DNA of 64,000 nt, taken from Oikopleura dioica. Its lineage: Eukaryota > Animalia > Chordata. The notes under the pieces were generated by a model. That model was not told the origin of the DNA, did no database searches, and worked only from the letters and a program-made list of their open reading frames with translations. This document shows, one piece after another, positions 53,301 to 64,000 of the stretch; position 1 is the stretch's first letter; every line of letters starts with the position of its first letter. The position numbers and the translations under genes were made by a program. The stretch covers positions 12,524,001 through 12,588,000 of the forward strand of contig OU015568.1 in the NCBI GenBank assembly GCA_907165135.1. Reading direction: 5' to 3'.

Positions 53301-56300
53301 GATATGCCAGCCTTCGCAGACTTCTCGGATATTGAAGTCGCATATTTCTGTGAAAAGAGTTGCTGAAATTGTGCTAAGCGTTCTTTTATTGAGCCCAAGA
53401 GGGATAAGTTTTAAGAGTTCTTGTTGAGGAATAAGTCGCAAAAGCTCATAATCATCGAGGTGCTTAGACAGGACGTTTTCTATTGACGGGACTTGAACAT
53501 TGTTGATTTCGTCGGTTAGAAGTAAAACTTCGCTCGCATATTTGTTCTCAAAAAGCTTGAAAAGCCTCATTTTTTCTTCCAGAAACGCGTCGAAACCAAC
53601 CAGTTTATACGTCGCGATCGCCTCTGCGATATTATTGATGCGGTAGATTTTCTCCAGCTTGTTTATGATCGTGCAGATTCGCTCGTGGATCAAGTGCGCT
53701 TCGACACACATGATTCGATCGAGATCGTCGTCGCCGAGGTGCTCTGCCCAGGTCAGCTGGACTTTCCAAGAGTTCGCATTTCTTCGGTATTCGTGCATTT
53801 GCTCGATTAGTTCTTCTAGCTGCGAGTCGAAATACAGCTCTTCGTTCTCTTGGTGCACTTCTCTCAGGACGACGGGGATGAAATCATGATCTAAGGACCT
53901 CTTTACTTTGTCCATTTCCAATTGAAGATTTTTCGCGCGATCTGCAGCAGCTAGAAGTCTGTTGCATATTTTCTGCTCTTTTTCGATTATTTGAGTTTCT
54001 TTGATTTTCGTCTCTTTCGGCGCTTTTTCTAATTTCAACACGCTCATGAATTGATTCCACTCTTTTTCTCGGAAATTGCTGCTGATGATTTTGACGACCA
54101 AGGCGACGACGCACTCCCAAAAATGGACCTTTTTAATAAATGGCTGTATTTGCTCCTTGATAAATGGCGTTTTCTTTATGTGACTATTCGTATATTCTTC
54201 GTTTTCTGCGTTTTGTGCTTGTTCCTCTTTTCGACTAAATAATACATCTGCATTGAAATTTTGTATCTCGCCAAGTTGCTCGTTTAAATTGTGCAAGGCG
54301 TCGCCAACGTCTTCGATAAGTAGCTGTAACTGCTTGTACGTGTCGTTGATTTTGCGCTGCTCGGCTAGTTTGAGTTCTCTGACGCTTTCGAGTTTGATGT
54401 GGCTTGATTGGACCGAGTTCCAGATTTGATAACATTGTTTCGTTAAAAATGCGCATTGAGGAGTGATGCTTTCGTAAGGCAAAGAGTGGCCCAGTGCTTC
54501 GATTCCTGCAGTTATATTCGAGTTCACTTCATTCAGCTGGCTAATTTCGTGATACCGTTCCAGGTAAAATCTCAGTTGTTTGCGCGAATACTCGTCGCTG
54601 GAATCGAGTGTTGGTTTCGTCGACAAATTCCCCATAACGTTATTTAACAATGTTTTTGTTTTCTTCTGAGTCTCGATGTAGCGCCGCTTGAGTTCATCTA
54701 CCACGTGCTGTTTTGGATTCTTGAGCCCATCGACAGTATCGTCGACGTTTTTGTGGATTCCTGAGAAGAGATTCGCGATCTTTTCCAATTCTTGCTTGAT
54801 CTCTTCGTTCATTTCAGGAATATGGCCCGAAATAAGAAGCAACAGCTTTATCTTCGCCACAGCCTCATCCCGACTTGCAACGATCTTGCCAATATCATTT
54901 GCGATTTGGTGAATTTTCTCATAGTTCTTCGTTTTTGCAAGTTCTTCGGCGAGATCGTCGGCGAGAGATGAAAAGTGGGAGATATAGTTTCGCATATGAA
55001 ACTCGACCGAGGAGACGACTCGAACACGCATGGATTTGATCTTGGACTTCATGCCATTACAGTAGCCTTCTGTCGTGAGAATCGCAGTGCCGAAAATATG
55101 GCTCCTTCCGTCGAGAGATTCGATCCATTCATTGAACTCGGTAAAACTGCTATTCAAGAAGCCTGGGCCATCTGCATCGCGAAAGACGTTCTCCACAAAT
55201 TTCTCCAAATCGAATTCCCACAAATACTTGGCAGCCTGATGATGCTGTGGAAGTTGGTGATCGACAAAAGATCTGAGCTCGCCAAAGCACTTGTGGATCT
55301 TCTCCATGATTTGGGAGATGAGAGCTTCGGAGGCGCCATCTGCAGCGATATTCGGCAGTGTTGACTCAAAGCTCTTCAAAATGTTCAGTGTGGAAGGTGA
55401 GGAGGTGGTGACAGCGTAATCCTGTTTGAATGGTCACAAATTTGAATTTATTTGAACAGCCCTAATATTTATGTTCTCAGCTTTTGACAAGTTACAGTAT
55501 TTTTATCAGACCGTTTCCTGAGCTCGTTGAAGGGCCAGGCCGAAAATAGGGATCATGTCCGAAACATGAATTTTGAACATTTCTTCCCACTTTCCGATTT
55601 CAGGAATAAGTTCTGCTCCTTCAGCCGCTTGCTTCAAAGATACAATCGCCAGGTGATCCTGATTGATCGTATTCCAAATCTGCATGAGCTGTTTTCTCCT
55701 CGCTTCCACCAGCGCTGACTGGAGTCGCAATTTCGTATGCTCCACCAGTTTTGGATGATTCCTCAGCGCTCGCTCGAACCGCGCAAGTGTTGCCTGAGCG
55801 ACTTGTAGGTTCTTGCGCAGTTTATGCCAGCTTTCTTGTTTGTTGCGCGGCGCCCGGTCCAGTTTTTGGACCGTCTCCTGGGCTTCAAGCACCAGGCGGT
55901 TTATACGAGTTAACGCAGTTGAGCAAATCATTGCTACCATGTGGTAAAGATTCTGCAGCGCATCGGCCAACTCGAGGTGGCAAAGGGTCGAAGCTTTTAA
56001 GAGTTGAAAAAAAAAATAATTTTTTGACTTATAATTTTTCGAAATTTTCCAACTTTTCCCTTTTTCGAAGCTCTCAAAGAGCCATCCTTTCGGCAGATGT
56101 GGGAGAAAATTGAGATCCTTCATCTCCTCAAAGAGCGACGAAACTGCCAAAATCGGTTGTGCCAACTCCACCTCGGACAAAATGTGATTTCTGCTGAGTA
56201 ACGTTCTGTGCAACGAAACCCGCGCTCCGTCAGAAAACTGCCGCCACGCATGGAAAGCTTTTGCCTTTTTGAAGTTTTGGAAGAATTTTACTTTCTGCAG

Positions 56301-58259
56301 CGATTTGAATTTCCTGTATTGCTCGGCCCAGGCGGCGAGGGTGAGGAACTCAGCGTCGTCGGGGGAGGAATAAAGGACACCGTGGTTGGAGAAGAGCCAG
56401 AACTCGGAGGAGGAAATCACGTCTGGAACAGTTTCTATATTTTGGATTCTCTTTGCTGATTTCTTACCAGAGTAAATCTTAAGGGACCTGGGCGAGCAGC
56501 GCTGAGCCAAACTTCACGCGCTCGCCGTTCTTCTTAGAAATAAGATTTTTTGAAATTTCTTTTTGTAAATTATATCTCCAAATCTTCAGCTTTCTTTTCC
56601 GATTCTAAGTTTTTCTCTATCATTCTTGGTTGATGAGCTAGCGAGAAAATGAGAAGCCCAACTTCAAAAGGCATCAAGTCTTGGAGACTAAATTTTTTCT
56701 TCATGAAACTAGCACCATTGAAAAGAGCGTTAAATTCTGAACAGATCCCACTCCATCAGCTAAACTAAATCTGTACAAACTGGAGATATAGGCCAGATAA
56801 ACAAGATAACTTAGCGCCCGCGCAGCGGGAATTATGTCCAGGAAGCCCAAAATAGCTAAATCGGAGCGTCCAGCCGCGCCGCGACCAGCTGCGCGCGCTA
56901 AGTAATTTTCTTAATCTGGCCTTACACGCCAATAAGTACGGACTTAGTTTAGCTGATGGAGTGGGATCTGTTCAGAATTTAACGCTCTTTTCAATGGTGC
57001 TAGTTTCATGAAGAAAAAATTTAGTCTGCAAGACTTGATGCCTTTTGAAGTTGGGCTTCTCATTTTCTCGCTAGCTCATCAACCAAGAATGATAGAGAAA
57101 AACTTAGAATCGGAAAAGAAAGCTGAAGATTTGGAGATATAATTTACAAAAAGAAATTTCAAAAAATCTTATTTCTAAGAAGAACGGCGAGCGCGTGAAG
57201 TTTGGCTCAGCGCTGCTCGCCCAGGTCCCTTAAAAAGATTTTGGGGTGAAACCTTTGTTATCAAGATAGTAAAAGGAATCCATTCCTATATCATAATGAT
57301 TCGATAAAACTTCTCCAGCTGGATACTTCCTTTTTAGAAAAGCAAACCCAATCTGTTTCTGAAAGCCTGCTCGAGTAAAGAGCTTGAAGCATTCCATCCC
57401 GTCATGGCCAGGTTTGAGTGCCTGCGGAGATTTTCGCCCGCCGCCCATTCTTCTTCTCAGACACTAAAAAATCAATTTTTGACGGAATAATGATCATAAA
57501 ACTTACATCTGCTGCTTTAGACGGGGTCAGATCATCTGGGAAAAGCGGCGGCAGTCGATCCCCAGCGGCTCGCTCGGCTGTCTGGTTTTCTGGCGGGCTC
57601 AGGCTCACGCCCGCGGCCTCCACCATCAATTTGAGCGACTGAAATATAAATAAAAATACAGTTATGTGTATGCAACTTTGTCAAATCAGCGGCCTTAGAA
57701 CAAATATTGACGAATCTACAATTTTCGCCACGCATACGGATAATTTACATATGCACTTGTACTGTTAATTTTACAATCTCCAGGTAAACATGCTACTTGT
57801 TCAATACTCGTGGAGAAAATGGCCAGATTTGCTGTCTCAAAAGATTTTTGAGAATATCTAGATATTATCGTATATCAAGAAAAGTTAGAACAAAAAGGAT
57901 GAAACCGTATGGTAGCTTGGTAAAATAAATAAAATAAGTTACCTGCTCCCATGGTGTTTCGAACTCGGCATATTCTGCGGCGACGCTTTTTTAGAGGGCG
58001 ACATTTTGTCTCCGTGGATTTTGATAAGCCCTATCTCTAACCGAATTTTATAGAGGTCATGAAGATACAGACTCTATTTTTCTTGTTTTATAATTTCAAA
58101 TTTGTTTAACCCCTTCCTTGCAGCAGCTTCTTCAAGTTGCGAGAGTTTTACTTGGCCAACAGTGTTCGCAGGTTCATACCGACTTTTGACAGCGTCGAGG
58201 CTTTTTGCGAGGATAGAAGTCTTCGGGTAATTTCGAACTCTCGGTTTTCCCGTCGGCAT
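44329..58259 (-). CDS. Degenerate dynein heavy chain, DNHD1-like, interrupted by two transposons; 5' exons approximate; two homopolymer frameshifts
   Basis: N-terminal block EFWLFSNHGVLY...FFQNFKKAKAFHAW; one retained P-loop GPAGCGKS; MTBD-like EIRTYRKPPASVVLVVESICLL; post-stalk DETVRW...TQNAKII; stop TAA 44329-44331. Confidence 0.72.
46724..47105. repeat. Degenerate 21-nt tandem array in two inverted arms
   Basis: About 11 units like GTCAATCCCGGCTTC(N6) at 46724-46954 and about 6 reverse-complement units at about 46965-47105. Both strands translate to (V/F)(N/D)PGF(S/F)x heptads. Confidence 0.8.
47117..48147. mobile_element. Palindromic MITE with about 125-bp imperfect TIRs, AATT flanks, nested in the hAT
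   Basis: CTAGA(G/A)AACTCCACTTCCGGTCG...GACCTATCAAATTGATGCTCAGA is mirrored at the right end. The right TIR is split by the MULE-like insertion. Confidence 0.8.
47399..48060. mobile_element. MULE/Foldback-like non-autonomous element, 662 bp
   Basis: 138-bp TIRs (47399-47536 and 47923-48060) starting GGCTACAC and built of ACCGACGTTTT repeats. 9-bp TSD CATCAATTT at 47390-47398 and 48061-48069. Confidence 0.92.
56483..57229. mobile_element. Foldback TTAA MITE, 747 bp, about 294-bp near-perfect inverted arms
   Basis: TTAA at 56479-56482 and 57230-57233; termini GGGACCTGGG...CCCAGGTCCC. Arms 56483-56776 and 56936-57229 differ at about 3 positions by eye. Confidence 0.93.
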
Positions 58260-58914
58260 ATTTCAATTTCACGAAGAATTTTTTCTCCGTTTTCTTCTTT
58301 CTTTAATTGCTCATAATTTTTCCCGAAATTGGTCTTCTTTCTTCCTCGGCTGCGCAGAAACTAATCTCTTGAAAAACAAACTCACTCCCCTCGGGCCATG
58401 TTCTAGAAAAATTCTGATTTTTAAGTTTTCTCCTCTGAGTAGGAGCTGAGAGCTGGGCGAAACTACTAACTCGATCCAAATCTAAACAAAAGCGAACGTA
58501 AAGCGCCAAAATTTGCGCTCCGCTCCAGCGATATTTTGATGTCTTGATGGGCCCTTGAGTGCCTTTACTTGCTACTGCTCCTTTTTCCCATGCTTTTGAG
58601 GGTTATTTTGCCTAGAACATTAGGCGTGATGCTGATTTTTAGAGCAGATAGATGTTTTGGTTGATTTTGGATAATTATTCAGGAAGCTGTCTTGAAATAA
58701 TGGTAACCATAGAGATTGGTGAGTTATTGGAGCTACAGGAATTCATTATTCTCACGTAAAATAAGCAACCTGGACCCGAATTAGCCTTTGGAACATTTGA
58801 ACCAAATCGGAACACTTCAACATGCAGTGCATGTCGTGCACGCAGACGATGTGAGAACATATCACCTGATCCACAACTCTCTCACAATAATTCGATCTTT
58901 TAAATTTTCACGAA

Positions 58915-59534
58915 ATGAAGGTTCTTCCGACTCTTTTTGCTTTTTCTCTCGGACTAGATGATATTTCTTTGTCTGTTTTGATTCAGTCGACTGTCAATCG
59001 GTCAGTAAGATTATTATTATTATTAAAATTGTGTTGAAAAGATGTGCGACTTTGGGAACTTCTAAGGAAGCCTGTGTTGCAAATGTGCGAACACAAATTG
59101 TCTCGACATATTATATCCCTACAACTTGCTCTTTCGCCGAAAACTGGACAACAGTCGGGAAAAATTCAAAGTGGTGGGGCAAGACAGAAGGCTACGGAAT
59201 CATCGGATGTGGAGATATTACAAACGCTGAAATCGACCAAGGCGTCTTCGACAGTTACGCGAACAATGGCTACATCAACTGCTGGGCCGCTGGATCAGGC
59301 CAAAAATACAATGATTGCGTAGTGGAAGAACTTGAAAAGGGCGCTCCGTGGATTTGCCCGGGCACTAGAACTGCGCATTTTCTCGTCGCCGAACCAGGTT
59401 TGCCATGATAAAAAATATCTTTTTTTTTTTCACGAAACAAAGGAACCGACATGTACTGGGATGGTCATGGCGGTGGATACTCGGGTACAAAGTACTTTGA
59501 TACTGTCGGCTACTGCGTTGGAATTGATATCTAG
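58915..59534 (+). CDS. Small secreted Cys-rich orphan protein (3 exons)
   Basis: Signal-like MKVLPTLFAFSLG. Intron 59001-59041 joins in frame to ORF 59031, and a second intron joins GTDMYWDGHGGGY...CVGIDI*. 8 Cys in total. Confidence 0.6.
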
Positions 59535-59658
59535 TGAATATAATTTCACAATTCACCGCTCAAATAAAGAAATTGACAAAAGTAATTCGAAGTGTGTAAA
59601 TTTTATTAAAAAAAAAAACAGTTTGTGAATGTTTAAGCTGCAAGGATGGTTTGTCGAA

Positions 59659-60428
59659 TTAGAAAAGGTGTGACCAGCAAATTCCTTCTCCAATCGAGAG
59701 CGCTTTAAAAATCAGTTCATCTTCGAGCGAACCACAGATGAACTCGTCTTTTGACAGTTGCCAATCTCCATCCTGCAAAATAATCAAATACTGCTAGCTA
59801 ATTAACTTAAGAACCAAATCATGCGCCTCAAAAAGGCGATCGACTCTGAGCTTGTGGTAGTGCTCACATTCTCCATCGAGATCTTCCTCGCCAAACATGC
59901 AAAGAATCGCTTCAAAAAGCTCCGTGACATCGCCATATGCAATTTTCCCTTCATTTCCATTATCGTAGATCTCAAATGCCACTTATAAATAAATATTTAT
60001 CTTCCTAAAAAATAGCATTACGTTCGAGCTTATCATGCGGCTTTCCCTTGGAATGGAGAGACAGCGCTTGTAGAAACTCAAGAAACGTCAGTTCCTCTGT
60101 GTTTTTCTCGTCAAATGCGTTGAAAACGAAACTTATAAAAATATCATATTTTCCTTTTTTTCACGAACTTAGTGAAGGTCTCTGCATCGGAGTCAGGGAA
60201 GAACTCTTCATAAATCTCCATGAATTCTTTTCTTGTCAAAAAGGGTTAGCTTTCATCGATTGCTCTTATAAAAAAAACTGTCATAAAAACCCTACTCAGA
60301 ACTTTTTTGTAACAGCTTCTTGGAAAACAGGACATGTACCAAATCTTGATCTCATCAATAGTCCACAAGGTTTTTTCGGCCAAGTCTCTCAGTTTTTCTG
60401 GAGAAAGAGTTGATTTTTGTGCTCCCAT
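59659..60428 (-). CDS. Neuronal calcium sensor (frequenin/recoverin family) EF-hand protein
   Basis: Myristoylation motif MGAQKS; LTRKEFMEIYEEFFP; AFDEKNTEELTFLEF; AFEIYDNGNEGKI; DLDGDWQLSKDEF. The exon 1-2 junction is unresolved. Confidence 0.8.
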
Positions 60429-60871
60429 TTTTCTCCTGTGGCTTTTCGAGTCTCTTCGTGCTTATATTGCCCTGCGAAATAATGAACCCTAATAACTGTC
60501 AGTTGAAAAAGTAGGTTACTCTTGAGAAATCCGCCGTTCAAGATTTACCGTATTTTAAGGAAACAGTTTTGGCAAATTGCCGGTCTTTGATGAGTTCTCC
60601 AGATTTACTGGGAAATCCCCGTAACCAGCTTCAAAATAAACCCTTCGACTGTACTTTTTGCTTATAATATTTATTATTAGAATATTGCACATGATCAGAA
60701 GATAAATGTACAGCGCATGAGAAATAAAAATAGTTAAGAAACGAAAAAAGGAACTGTGCTCACCAGTAGGAAGATCGGGTAGAATTGAAATGAAGAAAGT
60801 AAGTATATATTTTTGCGGTTTGAAGGGGCTAGAGTTTGTTTTTTCAATAAGTGTAATAAAGCTAGTCTATT

Positions 60872-63759
60872 TTAGTCGGCTTTTCGCGCTCCTAGTTTCA
60901 TTGCTCCTGATTTTTTCATTGCGCGTTTTCTAAATGAAAAATATTTAGAACGATCTTTATGTTTGAAATTTTACTTTTCATTCTCAGCTTTTCTCGCCGC
61001 CAGTTTCGCCTCCCTTTCTGCCTTTTTCTTTGCTGCGGCTGAGGTGGCCCCTGATTTCGAGGAACTGTTCCAATTATCCGTATCCCAATCATCTCCGGCG
61101 CCCCATCCGCTATTGTCGTCATTAAAACCAGAGTTGAGGCCTGTGTTGCTGGTCTTCCTTGCACTTGTCTTCGAAACTTGCTTAGTAACTGATTTTTTCA
61201 CGGGGATTATGGGTTTCGCAGGCGCATTCCAATCATCACCCCAGTCTGCATCCTCATCGTCAAGCTCTTCCGCGCCCCATCCTTCAGGGTGAAAATACAT
61301 TCATACAGAAAATTGGAAAAGATGAAATTCAATTCAAATCAAAATCAACAATGATTAAAAGAATCTTGTGCGAAAACAGTGAGTTCGTGCTTGTGTTAAA
61401 AGTCCATGCAAAGAGGGTTAAAATGTATGAAAATTCAATTCAATTATTAGAGCGAATGTTAATTTCACGCCCTTACCCCATCCATTGCCTTCATCTTCCG
61501 ATGCTTCTTTCGTTTCTGGAACGATGGCGTCCCAATCGATTTGATTTGGCTCCTTTTTCTGAAGCTTCATTCCTCCACTGGAAGAAGTCTTTGGCTTCGG
61601 CGGGGGAGTAGATTGGGCTGCTTGCTGATGACTCGTGCCACTAACAACGATTTCTGTTGGAACTTCTGGAGCGGCAGGGCCGGCTTCAGGGCCTTTCTTG
61701 AGCTTAGAAGCGGCGGCAGTAGCAGCAGCCATTGTCATGTTCATTGCCGCAGAGGCAGCCCATGAGCCCCAGCCTGAAGCGGCTGAAGCATTGTCGGAAG
61801 AAGCACTTGTTGACGAGCTACAATTAGTTCTCAAAATAATTGCAATCAAAGGGGTTTTAAACTGTTCGAACTGTTCCTGACTCCTCCAGTTTTATTTGGG
61901 GTCGCCTGTCTCGCTTCTTTTGGCAAGTACTGAGCAGCTTCTTCTGGATCATCCGAAATAATCTTCAGTTTCTTTACAAAAGTTGCCAAAACTTCAAATC
62001 CCGAATCCCGGACCATCTTTTCCGCGTCACATAAAGACTGTGAGACAGCCGGAATGATTCTTTGAGCAATTTCTTGTGGCGTATAAATTTCTGAGTTTTC
62101 CATCATTGCTTTCAACCCAGCTGATCGAGCGGGAGGGAAAGGATCCTTCAGAGCTCGCGCGAAGGCGGAGAGTGCAACTTTTTGACGAGTTTCTTTGTTC
62201 AGATATTTGAGGATCTTCCCTAGGCAGATTGTGGTGTTAGTTCGGATAGGGCCCTGGTCATCTTTGGCTTGAAGTTGAGCGAAGTGAGTCATGAGTTTCG
62301 TGTTGAGATTCTTGTCGTCGAGTTTGTCAGCAATGTGAAGAATGGACTAAAAAGGGATAGGGAATGATTTGAAGGAACAAAGATTACTTTGACTGTAGCT
62401 TCACGAATGAGAGGGGCAGAGTCGTGGAAACCAGCGGATAAGGGTACGAAAATTTGGTTGTTGATGACATCTTTTTTGAGGTGGATAACAATGTGCTCGA
62501 TTTGGCGAAGAAGAGCTATTCTCGTCGCTCGATCACTGGACGAAAACATTTTCACTAGACACGGGACGATTTTCTCCTAAAATAAGTTAGGCGGCGAAAA
62601 TGGATTGAAAACGGACCTGATATTCACTTTCTTCAAGCAATTGGCCAAGTTTGAAAATCGGCCCGAGCGCTGCAGCTCCCGCATCTCCGAACTGATAGGC
62701 ATTGAGTAAAATGGGCAGAATTTTAAACCGAGCATAGTCTTTAGGAAAGTGGTCTAAATTCTTTCCCAGTCGTTCGAGAAAGGCCGTTCGGATATCTGCG
62801 TCTTTGATTTGCAGTTCGCCCAAGAAAAGGTTACAATCGACGAACATGTTGTCCATGAACTGTTTTCGCTCACGACAATTGCTGATGAATGTTTCTGGAT
62901 TGGGTCGTTTCTGAGGATTTGCGGAAACGAGCTCGGCCCAGTGAGGCAGGAGATTCTTGGGTATCCTTCCGACGTCTCTTAGCGAGTTTGCAGTGTGCAT
63001 CGTTCCATTAAAAGACTCCCAAATCAGACAACCAAGCCCCCACATATCAGAGGACCATTTACAACTTCTTTTTCGAGATGCCTTCTCTGGTGGGTCGTAT
63101 TTTTCAAGCCCGTGGGAAACTTTGATAGGAGGAGAGTCGTTTTCTCCAAACATGTAATCGAGGCCCATTAGTTTCCATTCACCAGCTCGATCTACGTAAA
63201 TCGACGACATGCACACATTGTTGTGTATTAAATTGCAGTTGTTGACGAGAAAACTGTTCAGGATTTTCAAGATTCACTCTTCCATAATTCCAAGAGTAGA
63301 AAAACCCGTTCCTGAGGCCGGCAACAACCTGATGAAGACCCCAAGCAATGGCCATGCCAATTTCTGTCTCGTCATCGAGCTTTTCAAGATAGCTCGAGAG
63401 TGGGATTACAGGCTCTGTAACGATGTAGATCGCTTTTTCGGATTCCAGACAATCTTGAAAAAGACTGAAAAAGAAGCTCGATTTCGGACAGAGTTACCGA
63501 TGTATGTGACGATATTCGGATGGCGCAGGGTCTTTATCCTCTTGAGACAATTCTTAGCAACTTCAGTTGTGACATCGGAGCCAGTCTTTGGATCGTAGTT
63601 GAAGACAGAAACTTTCGTGTGTGGCGCCTTTTTCAGCTTGCCTTCGTGAATCGTCCAAATCGACTGGGCCGCGTCGAGGCCGGGAATTCTCTCGCCAACT
63701 TCATAGGCGAAAGAAGCCGTGGGATCACGAGTTAAAAGTCCTGATAGATACGAAGTCAT
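60872..63759 (-). CDS. SCYL1: SCY1-like pseudokinase 1 (N-terminal kinase-like protein)
   Basis: N-terminal RDP..FAYE, KRIKTLRHPNIV, kinase-like domain, HEAT repeats (AFARALKDPFPPAR), and C-terminal MKLGARKAD* matching the SCYL1 COPI-binding tail. Confidence 0.93.
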
Positions 63760-63857
63760 CTGCAAAACATTTTTTTAGTGAAAGTGGACTTGTATTCACG
63801 AGATTTTTATTTTTTGACTTTTTCAAGTTGAAATGTTGGCAGTTAACAAAAACACTT
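63760..63857 (-). promoter_or_regulatory. Putative intercistronic spacer ending in a trans-splice-type acceptor (TTTTGCAG|ATG)
   Basis: The upstream same-strand gene stops at 63858. A 98-nt T-rich spacer ends in CAG directly before the SCYL1 ATG. Confidence 0.35.
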
Positions 63858-64000
63858 TTATTTCTTCTTTTCGGCTTCTTTTCTCGCCTTTGTCAGCTAA
63901 AACAATCATCAGGAAATGAAGATGAAAGCTTGACTTTACCTTTGCCACGGGATCATCATCAGAATCTTCGTCCGAGGAGCTGGAACTATCCGACGAACTA
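63858..64000 (-). CDS. 3' end of an unidentified gene (Ser/Asp-rich, Lys-rich tail)
   Basis: ...SSSDSSSSSDEDSDDDPVAK|GTAAAG intron ...TTAG|LTKARKEAEKKK*. Confidence 0.45.

Noticed and set aside
1-64000. tRNA, rRNA, snRNA or SL RNA genes
   Set aside because: None recognised by eye; a tRNAscan-SE/Infernal run would be needed to exclude them.

Overview
Gene-dense, compact eukaryotic DNA with 30-70 nt introns, GA-AG introns and very short intergenic gaps. This fits a larvacean tunicate such as Oikopleura dioica (inference from architecture, not a database match). Recognisable genes: an SLC6 transporter, an FN3/mucin membrane protein with a syndecan-like tail, a full-length DNAH2, an ankyrin/coiled-coil protein, a compact DNM1L/DRP1-like GTPase, an MTUS-like coiled-coil protein, a degenerate DNHD1-like dynein heavy chain, an NCS-family EF-hand protein and SCYL1, plus several orphans. 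Five non-autonomous DNA transposons were delimited by eye from TIRs and TSDs. Two of them appear to sit inside coding sequence of the DNHD1-like gene. One is a 2.3 kb hAT element (8-bp TSD) carrying two nested elements. The other is a 747 bp foldback TTAA element whose ends can be read as a GG-AG intron. Both are candidate transposon-derived introns and are the main lead. Three frameshifts in the dynein genes all fall in short homopolymers and are most likely assembly errors. All exon models were traced by hand and need RNA-seq confirmation.
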